Below, one piece after another: positions 1 to 15,227 of a stretch of 64,000 bases of DNA. A program made the position numbers and the translations under genes. The stretch lies in assembly GCA_009103225.1 (NCBI GenBank), contig RHPI01001616.1:18778-82777 (forward strand). The letters run 5' to 3'. A model generated the notes under the pieces. That model did no database searches and was not told the origin of the DNA. It saw only the letters and a list, made by a program, of their open reading frames with translations. This DNA is from Chlorokybus atmophyticus. Taxonomy: Eukaryota; Plantae; Mesostigma and Chlorokybus algae. Position 1 is the stretch's first letter, and every line of letters starts with the position of its first letter.

Positions 1-80
1 CGCGCGTGCGTGCTTGTGCGGGGGTGCGTGCGTGTGTACACAAGATGCAACGGGGATGTCATGCATGCAAGGCAACCATA

Positions 81-124
<44 letters not shown>

Positions 125-439
125 CACTCGTGTGTGAGCACGACTGTGCACGAACGCACACTCACGAGCGCGTGTGAGACTGTGCGTGATTGCCGTGCGC
201 ATGCACGTGCGTTGGCGCAGGTGTGGCCATGTGTGGGTGTATGGGCATATGGGTGTATGTAATGAGTGTGATGTGGTTAAGGGGTTAAGGGCCAAAGATT
301 CATCATGCGCATGCGCACACGTTCACGTATGTATATGTCTTTGTGTGCGAGCTTGCACATGTGCACGTGCGTGCGCTCCGTCACGCATGATCATGCACGA
401 TTGACTCAACCCCACACCGACTTCTCGTCTCCTCCCCAG

Positions 440-3400
440 GTGACAGTGCGTCTCTACGGTACAAAGGGCAGCTGCGCCCCGCGGGTGGTGTCCGGATCGA
501 GCAGGGCGAACGGTCGCGGCGGCGCGCTGGCGGTGAAGGCGATGATGAGCGGGGCGGGGGCTATCGTGTTCGAGCACTACGTGGAGGTGAGTGTGAGGGG
601 GGATGATGATGGGATGGGAAGAAACGAGCACACAGGCAGAATGCACACGTGCGCAGGGAGACGTGTGCCAGTGTGCATGTGATGTGCATGTACACAGGCA
701 ATCAAAGACGTGCGTGCGTGCGCACACATATGCACGCGTGTGCTTCATCTGATATTGAAACATATGCTTGCACTCCCTGCTCTGGCAAAGCTAATCAACA
801 CAGATGCATGCGTACGCTTACGGGCATAAGCACACACTCACACACGCATATACATGTTCAAACGCACACGTGTGTACACAGATACGCACACGCACACGCA
901 CATGCGTGCACACACACGCACGTGCAAACACGCGCACACATATGCACGCACTCACACGCACACATGCACGTGGGCCGTGCGCAAAACATCTGACAATACA
1001 AACACGCACTCACACATCTGCGCACGCACACACACACACACACACACTTCAACTCCACTAGGCAGAGGAGGAGCTCGGCGACCTCTGCGCCGTGGAGCTC
1101 CGTTACCACGCCATTCCTCAACCCAACACCTCTCCCACTCCACCCACAAACCCTCCCCTACCCACCCCAACTATAACCCCCTCCCCCTCCCACTGGCACG
1201 TCCTCAAGGTCCTCGTCACCCACACCGTCCACAACGGCCTCGCGTGCCGCATCCCAACAACACAGTATAGTGATGAGGAGCAGCTGAGGGACTATGCGCA
1301 CGGGGCGTGGGAGTTCCCGTGCCACGCGCACGTGGCGGAAGGGACCGCGAGGGTGTTCTTTGAGAGCGCGGGGACGCTGGCGCATAAGGTGAGGAGGGGG
1401 AGGGCAGGAGGGTGTCTTTGTTGTGTGTGTGAGAGATTGTCATACCTGATACACAATGACGAGGAGAGGGACATGATCCCCTGAGAATACAACACGTGCG
1501 TGTGCACATATACACAATCGCACGCAGAGGCACCAGAAGCACACACAAGCGCCCGCGCACACGCAGATGCACGTGCATGCGCATGCTCGCACACACATGC
1601 GCACGCGCATGCGCGCATGCACTTGCGAAGACGCGCACACTCATTTACGCGCACATATGAGCGCTCAAGTGCATAGCCACGCGCGCACACACTTTGCACC
1701 TGGCAACTACAACACATTTACTCCGCCTCCTTTGTGCGCCCAGGTCCCTCCTTGGGTCCAGCGCATGCGCGGTGAGGAGCTCCGCCTCGCACGCAAGACG
1801 TACCAATGGCGCAAGTTCCCGGGACTACCCACAGGCATAAAGGTAGTCCGATGAGATGTGTGTGTGTGTGTGTATGTGTGTTCTCATCATCATGTCATTG
1901 ATGTAGGCGGATAGGGTGAGGGACCTGCCCAGAGAGGAGTGGTATGGATGGGAGGGGGAGGGGGAGGTTGAAGACGCCGCAACAAGATATGCCGAAGCTA
2001 CAGTAAGAACAACCAGATGCAGTCTGTGTTTGATCATGATGCAACACACAGACGCATGCAGGCACGCACATGCGCAAGTGTGTCGGATCCACCCACACAC
2101 GCACGCGTGCGCGCAAGAACGCACAGAGGCGTCCGCACACATGTACAGGTGCATGTACGCACATGCACACACTGACTGCAGGGCCTCTCCTCATCCCCCG
2201 ATCAAGAATGGACCAGCCTAAGCGAGATCCGCGCCGCCCTCAAGAAGGCAAAAATCAAAGACCCCGAACCACCCAACACGTGAGCACACATCACCCCCCC
2301 ACCCCCACCCCCACCCCCACCCACCCAACCCAACCCAACACGACAGGTTCCTCTCCGACGCGTGGTTCGTGCGGCACGTGTTGAGTGGTTGTGTTGACCT
2401 CAAGCGTTGCCGAGAGGCGCCTGTCGGTTGGGTTGGGGGAAGTGGAGGTGGAGGCGAGGGTGGCGGTGTGGGTATGTTGTTGTTGGGTTCGCCAACGGGG
2501 GGCAGGGTGAAAGGGGGGAGCTTTAGAGTGAAGGAGGGGGAGGGGGAGAAGGGTGGGGGGAATGAGGAGGAGCAGAGGTTGGAGGAGCTGGTGAGGAAAG
2601 GAAGGCTGTTTGAGATTGACCTCAGGTGAGTAGCAGGAGGTTGCGTGTTTGTTGTGTCTGCGCGTGCATGTTCATGATGCGGTATGCAATTGTGTATAGG
2701 CGTGTGCTTGCGCGTGTCTAGGCAAGTGTCCGCACACGCGTGCACACATGTGTTGTTCCATGCAGTTCTCTTGTGCTGAGTGTGACCGCCAAGTCGCGCA
2801 CTTCTGACCTTCCTTAGTCGCACATACACGTCGGCGCATGGCGTTGCGCGCAATGCCGTGTGTGCGTGCGTGTGCGTACATGCGTAGTTGTGCTCGTGTC
2901 CCTGTGCGCATGCATGCATGGGTGTGGCTGTGTGTGAGTGGGTGCGTGAGTTGGTGCGTACGCATGCGAGGTGCGCGCGTGCTTTGCGTGTGTGCATGTG
3001 CATGTGTTCGCACATACATGGTTGCATGTGCGCGCGAGCGTATGTGTATACAGCATGTGTCTGCATACATGTGAACAAAAGGGGTATGCTGCTATGCCGG
3101 CGAGCGTGCGCGTATGCATACGAATGTCTGTCATGTACCCGCGGTTGCATGCGTATATGCAGGCGTGCATGCATGTATAACTGATGGCAGTCTGTGAGTA
3201 TAAGTTTTGCGTGTGCCCAGTCACCCTTGAAGTTGCTGTATGGATGCATGCATGCGTGCGTGGGTGGATATCTGCACATCCATGTGTGTGTGTGTGTGTA
3301 CAAGGAACGTCGACAGAATGTGTGTGTGTGTTCTGCGTACACGCTTTTCAAATGCGTGTATGTACGCATGATTGTGTGCGTGTTGATCCTCCCCTCCCCC

Positions 3401-5722
3401 CCAAGATGCATGGAGACGATGCAGCCCGGTCCCTCCTCTCCCTCCCGTCCCCCCGGCCGCCACACCGCCCCCGCGGCAGCCTGCCTGCTACGCGCCGATC
3501 GGCGGGGAGGCGGACTGACGCCGATCGCTGTCAGGTTGGATGCGAACGACTTGGGGGGGAGGGTGTATACGCCGCAGGACGAGAAGTGGTGAGCACACGC
3601 GCACACGCACAAACATAGCTATATCCCACATGACCCAATTGGAACACACACATGCGCACACATGCACGCGCACGCGCACGCAATCACCCTCCCCGCACAA
3701 GCACGCAGATGTGCGCACGCGCGCTCACACATACATCCCCCCCCCCCCTCTTAGGGCCTGGTGTACCGCCAAGTCGTACCTCCTCTCCTCCTCCTCCCAG
3801 CACCACCTCCTTGTCTCCCTGTACCTCAAGTCCCTCCTCGTCCTGGAGCCCTTCGCCGTGTCCTCCTCGCGCAACCTCAGCGGCGCGCACCCCGTGGGGA
3901 GGTTGATGAGGGCGTTGGGACCGGGCAGGGGAGTGATGGCGAGGTGCGTGGCAATGAGGGAGTGGGCGACCGCGAGGGGAGGGGAGGTTGAAGGAATTGT
4001 GGGGATTGGGGAAGAGAGCGTCACGGGTCTTGTGGTGCAGGTGCGTGCGTGTGTGCGTGCGTGTGCGTGTGCGTGTGAGTGAGTCCACGGCCATACCTAC
4101 AACTGTCTCCTCCTCTCCGTCCAGGAATATGCCGAGTGGGGTTTTTGGGACCTGTCTTTGCCCGAAGTCTTGTCTTCTCGCGGCCTGGTGGCCGATGCTT
4201 CCTCCGCTCCCGGCCGGCAGCATGTCCCGCTCGCAGACTACCCGTACCGCGACGATGGGATGCTGCTGTGGAACGCCATTCTCAGATTCGTGGAGGCGTA
4301 CCTCGGTAAGGGGAGCGGGTTTCATGCTGGTGCAAGTCAGGGCTTCAGGAGGAGCTAGCTTGTCACAGATGCGCACACACATGCATGCGCGCGCGCACGC
4401 ACACGCACGCAAGGTCACCTGTCTGATCCCATCACTGACTCCTTCACAGCGGTGTACTACAAGTCTTCCGAGGACTACGCCATGGACGCCGAGCTACAGA
4501 GTTGGTACTGGGAGGCTGCTGAGACGGGTCACAAGGGTCGTCCTTTCCCCACTGCACAAGACAACAACAAGGAAAAGGACAAGGACGACAAAGAGGACGG
4601 TGAGGATACCGTCACGATCAAGCCGAGGCAGGTGGCAGCGGCGTCACTCACGCGAAGGCTAGAAAGGAGAGGCAGCCTCACGGCTGCGCTCACGGACCCG
4701 GCCATGGCGGGGCTCGTGCTCACATCACTCATCTGGACGTCTACCTGCCAGGCGAGTGCGCGTTGGTGGGCGTGCGTTCGTACATGCGTATCTGCGTGCA
4801 CACATGTCTGAGCGGGCGTGCATGCGCGCTCTCGTGTGCGGTCGTGTGAGTCCACGCCCAGAGTGCGCAAGTTTGCATTTACGCATGCGCGCGTGCGTGG
4901 GTGCTCACGTGCGTGCATGTGCATGTGTGCGTGCGCGCATGTGCATGCGCGACAGCATCTGTCCATGTGTCTGCATGCACACGTGAGCGAGAGGTTATGA
5001 TGCGAGACAGTGAGCATGTGCGGATGCGTGCGGATGCGTGCGTTTGGATGCGTGCGTGCGTGCGTGTGCGTGTCTCCGCGTGTGCACACACACCCCTGGC
5101 TTGACACCCAACCTCCCTCGCATTTGACCTACCCTCCCTCTCCTTCTTGCAGTTTCCGGCATTGGGTCTCCACAGCCGCGACCACTTTGGCGCCTTCGCT
5201 TGGCGTCCGCTATCGATGCGTGTGCCGGCACCTACGGACAAAAGCGGTGTCTTTGATGAAAGAAGCTTCGTCGCCGCGCTGCCGGCGCCACATGAGGCTG
5301 CACGCGCCATTGGGATAGCATCGGTGCTGGGAGATATGGCTGCGCAGGTGATGCTGAGCTTTGACACGCGTGCACAGACGCAGATACAGACACGCACGCA
5401 CGCTTAATGCTCCGTGTCAAAACTGCACTTGTCATGCATGCACATCACATCGTATAGTTCCACCACTGCTCAATTCCAACATTGCCACCCCCAACCCAAC
5501 CAACTCCTCTCCCCCTCACTCCCCTCTCCTCTTCTCCAGTCCACCATCCTGGGTGCCCGTCTCCGTGACTCCTGGCTCTCCGACCCCCGCATCTCCACAC
5601 TATACGACCGACTGAGGGCGGACTTGCGCGCCGCCGCTGGGGAGATTGGAGGTCGCAATGCCGGACGGGCGACAGCATACTCGGGGATGGTGGCAGCGGT
5701 GGCGATCGATAAGGAGGCGTAG
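440..5722 (+). CDS. PLAT-domain lipoxygenase-fold protein, 5' end outside the window, all Fe ligands substituted (probable pseudo-lipoxygenase)
   Basis: About 12 exons splice in frame. Approximate spans and motifs: 440-586 (VTVRLYGTKGS), ~1061-1388 (EELGDLCAVEL...WHVLKVLV...FPCH, PLAT), 1744-1840 (EELRLARKTYQW..GLP), ~1907-2000, ~2181-2279, ~2348-2626 (SDAWFVRHVLSG...GRLFEIDL), ~3406-3588 (LTPIAVRL..VYTPQD), ~3755-4039 (WCTAKSY..EPFAVSSSRNLSGAHPV), ~4124-4305 (DYPYRDDGMLLWNAI), 4452-4751 (DAELQSW..LIWTS, GC donor), 5153-5348, and 5540-5722 (RNAGR..Y, stop). Confidence 0.9.
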
Positions 5723-6328
5723 AGGGTGTGCGCGCGCGTTTGAGTGTGTGGAAGGAGGGAGTGAAGCTATAAACTCTGTAGCAGAATTGGACCATAAAGC
5801 CAGCTCTTGGACGTGAGACAGTGTGATTGCACGCGTGCGCGCACATGCACACGATTGAATGCGCACACGCACGCAGAGTTTGATGGCGTGCTGTGGAACT
5901 CAAGCTGCGGCTGTGAAAGGTAGTGTCACGAGACCAGCATGAGTTGATGCTTTGAAACCCACTTGCAGCACGCAGAAGGCAAAAACACAAACACTGCCCG
6001 ACTTTCACTTTCCCAGCATTGCTTGCATGAGGTTCATGAACTTCACAGGACTCCATGACCCGTGCATTGTGGTGGAGGTTGGGTGTAAACAACACGCGAA
6101 TCATTATCAACCAATGCAGATACGAACTGAGTCCCAAGCCATCAATGCAGTGTGGCAACTGTATGGCAATGCACAAGGGTGGTTCAGAAGGGCAGGCTTC
6201 CCAATTGATGCCGAGCTTCCAATGTGGAATCGACCACCACATACACAATGTACCACAATCTCCTAGTGTCAACAGCTTTCTACGCTTTCTAAGACATACC
6301 AGCCAGATATCCATCTCGAGGTGGAGTG

Positions 6329-9190
6329 TTACTCGTCATTAAACTTGATCTTCTTGCCCTTCCCGCCCGCCGCCATCGCCTCCGCCAGCTTCCTCTTCGC
6401 TGCCCACGACGGGTGCAGTTCTTCTTCGCTCTCATTACGCTTATCTGGCATCGTCGGTGCCGATACGCCGGCCTGCGGCTTCCTTTGAACTGCCGCAGTG
6501 TTGGTTTTGGTGTTGTGTGTCTCCTGCTTCGTTGGATTGGGTGGGGCTGAAGCCACCGCGCGGCAAGGCGGCTGTACTGCCTTGGATGGCTGAGCTTGTA
6601 TGTGGCGAGCAGCTGGCCCATACTGCAACTCAGCAAGCCTGTATGGCAAGAACAATGATGTTATTCGTCATGCACGATCACAACTAATTGCAGACAAGAA
6701 TTGTTCCGGCCCAACATTGCATACCTTCGCCTGGCTCGCTGCCCGAGCCGCTTCTTGACCTTAGGCTTAACCTTGGGCTTGGCTTTGCTATCTCCTTTGG
6801 ACTTGCTGCCATTTGCTTCTGTATTCAAAGTCTTTGCAACTTGACCAGGCTCGCCCTCTTCTTGAGTAACATCACTACCTTCTTGTCCTTCCTCCTCATC
6901 GTCGTCGCTCCTCTCTAGAGTCAACTCATCCTCTCCATCTTCATCGTCTGATGAACCGCACATTGGGTAATCGATACCCTCTTCTTCATCAGACTCTGAA
7001 GCTGATGCTAATACAGAATCATCTTCACTCAACGTAGTGGGTTTCTGGTCTAGTCTGGTCTTTTTGCTCTTAGCTGCAAGCAGCTTGGACAGAGCTCGAG
7101 CTGAAGCCGCCTTTGTCTCAATATCAACATCATCCACAGCATTATCATGGGTTTGTTGTTTTGCCATTGTTCTGTGCGGCTGCTTGTTGGCCGTGACTGT
7201 TGTGTGGGTATGTGTACTGTTGGTCTTGCTGTGTGTATCAACCAACTGTTGGAGTAGCACGCGCACGCACTTCGCGCCAAGCAGCCGCGCAGCCGCGTCA
7301 TTGTCTTCTTTCGCTTGCGCCCGCGTGCTTGGCACAGATTCATCGTTGGTCGAGTCTGAAGCTGCGAGAGCACCTGTTTCACTCGCCAGCTGGCGCAAAC
7401 CAACCTTGTCGAGAGCCCTCGATACCAATGCAGTAAGATCAGCGGCCTGTTGAGGTAAAATAAATAACCACTACTTGGTCACAATATCAACTGCTGTTCT
7501 GAACAACATACAGTAAATGTGTTGCTAGTGCTGTAATGTATCACATGTACAATCATAGATATGGTACTATGACAGTGAGACAGTATGCTCATAGTGAACA
7601 ACAGTATGCTAACAGCATGATAGTATGATAGTATTCTTACCTTGATGGCGGCGACTTGGCGCTGGTACTTGTCCACCTCACTGGTGTCGGCACCCTCGTG
7701 CTTGGCGCGCTCGCCAGTCCACTTGCGGATGGCCTTGCGGAGCTCCAGCTGCTTGGCCTTCTTCAGGGTCTACGCAAGCACAGCGCATCACCATGTGTAA
7801 CGAGCACGTTGGCATCGGTTGTAGCATATAGTCCAATAAGCGATCAAAGAGCTTGTCAGCCGTAATACCAGCTACTCCTTCTGAGCTTTGTCCTCGCAAA
7901 GCGTGTCACATCTTACTGCATGCCATCCAAGCATTGCACACATGCTTGTGTGTGCCTAAAGAATGTCGCGAAACGCATGCAAACAAGAACAACTGTACAT
8001 GCCATACTGCGTTACACGGTCAGAATTCATCAAGGTACCTGTCTCAGTGTTCGCACGTCATGAAACAATCGCCGCTTCTGCGCCTCTCTCTTTAACTCCC
8101 CCAGTCGCCTCTCCTTTATCTCATCGCTCTCAACCAGAGTCTGTGCCGGTTGCTGGCTGTGGTTGAGCGCCTTGACGGCGGCTTGGCCCTTTGAGGCGCC
8201 GGCAGCGGGGACAGAAGGCTGAGTCGACTTGGCTTTCGTTAGACGTGCCTTCTTGCGACTGCAGGCAGAAAGATGAGTTATTGATTAGATGATCTGCCAA
8301 CAAAAAGTACATAACGAGTAACAAGACATGTAAAACGCAAAAGGACCAATAGGTCACATACAGACACGATTGCTATGTTATGGAATTTGTGCATTGGACG
8401 TCATCAATGAAGAGAATTTGGACAAGATAAAGATAACGATAATGCCAAAAGGGAAACAAAGTGTCACTTGTGGTAGTAGTAATGAATGGCTTCAAGAATG
8501 TCAATTAAGCAACCAGATGAAACTAAGCAACCTATCCACAGGCAATAGAAAACAAGAAAACAAAATGCCAGATTTTCATTCTGGGCGCTGCTTGCAGCAA
8601 ATTGATTGCAAGATAACACATTGCTCATTAATGCTGAGTATGTTCACAAGTTGATGCTGTCCAATGTGTGGCGGGACAGCATTAAAGCTAGTGCGAGTAA
8701 GAGTTTGCCAGCAAACGTTTGGTGTTACCTTAATGCTGGGGATCACCAGAAGAGGAATTTGAAAGACAAATCACAGAGCTTGGCATACAACAAAGAAGGT
8801 AGCAACAGCGTTACATACATACTCACACTTCATTACAAAAGACAGTCTAAGGGAAATCATAGGTAAACATAAGGTAAAGTCAGACTTGAATTCCGTATGC
8901 AAACAATTTGCTGAAAGTTTCACACTTGGAGTAGTGCAGAGAGACCAACACTGCAAACATGCATCAACTTTGATTGCCAGCAAAGTTGCAAAGCCTTGCA
9001 ATAAGCGAATTGGTCAAGTACTCTACAACAACACCATCAACGACAGCTGTAAAACTCACCTGCGCCACAGATCAAACTTGTGCTTGGGCCCCCGCCCCTC
9101 GGCCGCCTCAGCCCTGACCCTCCTCAGCTCCCGCCTGGGATCCACCTGCTTCTTCTTGGCGGCACCGACCTTCTTCACCTCCGGCGCCAT
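6329..9190 (-). CDS. BUD22: BUD22/SRFBP1-family ribosome biogenesis protein
   Basis: ATG at 9190 (MAPEVKKVG..). Exons at ~8040-8250, ~7640-7770 (TLKKAKQLELRKAIRK) and ~6724-7450 (acidic, KKRLGQRARR). Last exon 6329-~6637 encodes LAELQYG..ARH...LHPSWAAKRK...GKKIKFNDE, the hallmark Bud22 C-terminal motifs. Confidence 0.85.
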
Positions 9191-10312
9191 CCTCTAGTGC
9201 TTTATCCCTCCGACCTCCTCACCGGTCGCCGCCGCCGCCGCCACCGCCCGCAAAGACGACCAACACTTTCCGCTAGCCAACAGCTATGCAGTAGGCGGCG
9301 GCGGCGGCGGCGGCGGTGGAGGACGACAAGTCGCTGCGGTTGCTGCTGAATACGGAACAACACCTGCTTTGCCTAGCTGCTGAGGAGAAGTCAGGTGAGC
9401 AGATGGCGTGCACGCTGGCCGCAATCATGCATTCAACAGGTTGCATGCTGGGAACACACCTACACTGCTACTACTGCTGCTAGTGCTGGACTGCGATGGT
9501 TTGGGGCTCCCACCCATCTATGCGGCTGCATAGCATGATTGAGCTGGGACGCTAGTCGTGGTGGAATTGGTGAGCATCATGTTTCGGTCGTCAAGTAAGT
9601 AGTACTTCAGTCGTAGCTGTCCACAAGTATCTCAATCTCACTCTGATTCTCCCCTCGTCATGGCTCATTTCCTGCTGGCCAGTAGCACTTACGAGACAAG
9701 CTCCCTGTTGTCTGATCATACACAAAAGTCACACTTTAAACAGCATTCACGCTGCTTGCATTTACCATTGCAGCTGTGGCTGTATAGCGAGACAGATGTT
9801 TGTGCCTTGAGTTGTTTTGGGGAGCAACATGGTATGCCTCAGTCATTCACAATGTCTATGCATGCCATGAGTTGCGATCATGCTCAAGGCGACTGGGCAA
9901 TCCCCAAGTACCATTTGTGTGACACTGACTGCAGCTTGCGCCCGTGCATGTATGTGTATATAAGGTGTATGGTGCGGTGGTGTGCGTCCCAGTGCAGCTC
10001 TTTCTTTGTCACACTACTCTGCACACTTGTGTGCACTGAACTGATGTGCTACGTTAATTTGCAAACATACACGCATGTGCACGCATGCACACCCAACCTA
10101 TTCTCCTTTGTGTGCTTCCATGCCAGCAGAAAGTCACAGCACTCAAGAAGCCACCACCAACCCTGTTCGAACACCGCCAACACCCAACGCGTCCACTCTC
10201 AGTTAGACTCCACAACCCCACACCTCCAACCCATCACCACGAAGAGGAGAAGAAGAGACAGAGAGTGAGAGTGAGAGACAGAGAGCCAGTGTGTGTGTAA
10301 GAGAAGTTGGCC

Positions 10313-10486
10313 ATGGCCAAGCAGAAGGCGGCGACGATGCTCGTGCGTCTCGTCTCAGCGGCGGGGACGGGTTTCACCTACGTGGCGCGTCGCAACCCGC
10401 GGAAGCTGCCCGGCAAGCTGTCGTTCAGAAAGTACGACCCGGTTGTGCGCAAACACGTGCTGTTCACGGAAGCCAAGATGAGATGA
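10313..10486 (+). CDS. RPL33: Organellar (probably mitochondrial) ribosomal protein L33, 57 aa, no intron in the CDS; missed by the ORF track
   Basis: [57 protein letters not shown]; matches the bL33 signature (VRLVSxAGTGF...[14 protein letters not shown]). Confidence 0.93.
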   Translation: MAKQKAATMLVRLVSAAGTGFTYVARRNPRKLPGKLSFRKYDPVVRKHVLFTEAKMR

Positions 10487-11369
10487 GGAAAGGAGTAGTA
10501 GTTGTGCGGTGGTGTGGGCGTTGTAGGGAGAGACATTGCCAGTTGGGTGAGAAGTGAGTTGACGTTGTCGGTTGTTTGGACATTGGCTATGTGAGGGCAG
10601 GGTGGAGCTTGCAGGGGCAGTCGAGCAGGTTATTTTGGGTGGCAGATTGGTTTGCGCGCAGCATGCATACACTATTGTTTTTCCATGTACCACAAGCCTA
10701 ACAGCAACGATTATTAAGCAATAGCCGAGTTTATGCGTTGTCAAACCACCTTTGTGGGAAAAGACTCTCTCTGCTGTGGCTATCAGATGCATGCAATGTA
10801 CCTGCGCGTGCACGCATCACCACGCACATTCTCCAGCTTTCGCAATACACGGCTTGCTTCCAATAACCATACTGCTGACCAGCCTTTCACCCACCCGTTG
10901 TGTGGTGTGGTGGTGGTGGTGGTGGTGGTGGTGGTGGTGTGTTGATGTGGTCAATGTTGCCTGTATGGTAGAGAACATGCACACAAACAGCAGCACTCCA
11001 AGGCACAAACTGGCAGAAATGTTACTGCGTTGCGAGACATGCGTCCCGCAAAAGTTGCCACGACTTGGGCGCGTCCATGCCTTGGTTATATACAAGCAGG
11101 ACGGGGAGGGGGAGACGAAGGCGGAGGAGGAGGAGGAGGAGGAGGAGACGCCGCCATTGTGTGTGCGTGCATGCAGACAAGGTACCACACAAGGTATCGC
11201 CAAAGTTGAATAAAGGCCACATGGCTGCATGGGCATTCCACATTTTTGCGTGGTGCGGCGACTGTGGCGGCGGCGGCGTTGACAAGGAGGAAGCCACGAG
11301 GAAGGCGAGGAGAGCTGAGCTTTTGGACTCTGTGTGAGAGAGGAGTGAAGGCAACAAGCGCTCCAGTCA

Positions 11370-14450
<3,081 letters not shown>

Positions 14451-15227
14451 AACAATATGAATTATTGTTTGGAAGCCTGTGCTTGTTGCGGTGGACTCTG
14501 ACACTTACACTTGGAGTCACTATGCGCGCAAGCACGTGTGTAGCTGCCACAGTATAACATTGTGGCAGCTCAACACACAATGGTTGTCCACCAAGTGTTG
14601 CTGCACGAGTGGTTTGCAATTGTTGAAAGAATTTGCATGGCGAAGGAGACTCCTGCTGCCATGCATGTATTACAAGAGTAATGCTATGGTAGCGACCACT
14701 ATGTTGTAAAGGACACGCTTGGCTGCAGTTACTTGTAGTTGATGCATGAAGGGCCGTCAATGTTAACATCTAGTAAACCATGCCCCAGCCAACTCTGCTA
14801 CTCTCCATCAAGTAAAGCGACAAGAAAATTGCATTGATAGTTTATTTAGTATATTCAGTTTATGTTAGAATCTCAACCCTCGCAGATGCTGCGTTGCAAA
14901 TTTCGCCACCACACTCGCATGAACTATTGCAGTTGTTTGCAGCAGCGCAGATGTACCATCAGTGACATCAATTACATGCAGCTAAAAGACGCACGAGGCA
15001 CCAAGCATGCGCGGCATCGGGCTATGTCAAAGTGGCCTGGATTATCATTGGTGTGAACTCCTACTCAATTGGCACGCAATGTGTCAATTGCTGTGGCTGC
15101 ACGCTGATTGACATGCTCGTGGCTATGTCATGAGCACATTTGCGCGCATGACTGCACACACACATTTTTGCTACTATGCACCACCGCCTCCGATGATACA
15201 CATTCACAACTATTCAAGCAGGTGATG

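Noticed and set aside
2218-3612. 464-aa minus-strand ORF
   Set aside because: Antisense to LOX-like exons and RY introns; His/Thr/Cys/Ala-rich translation of microsatellite DNA, which lacks stop codons.
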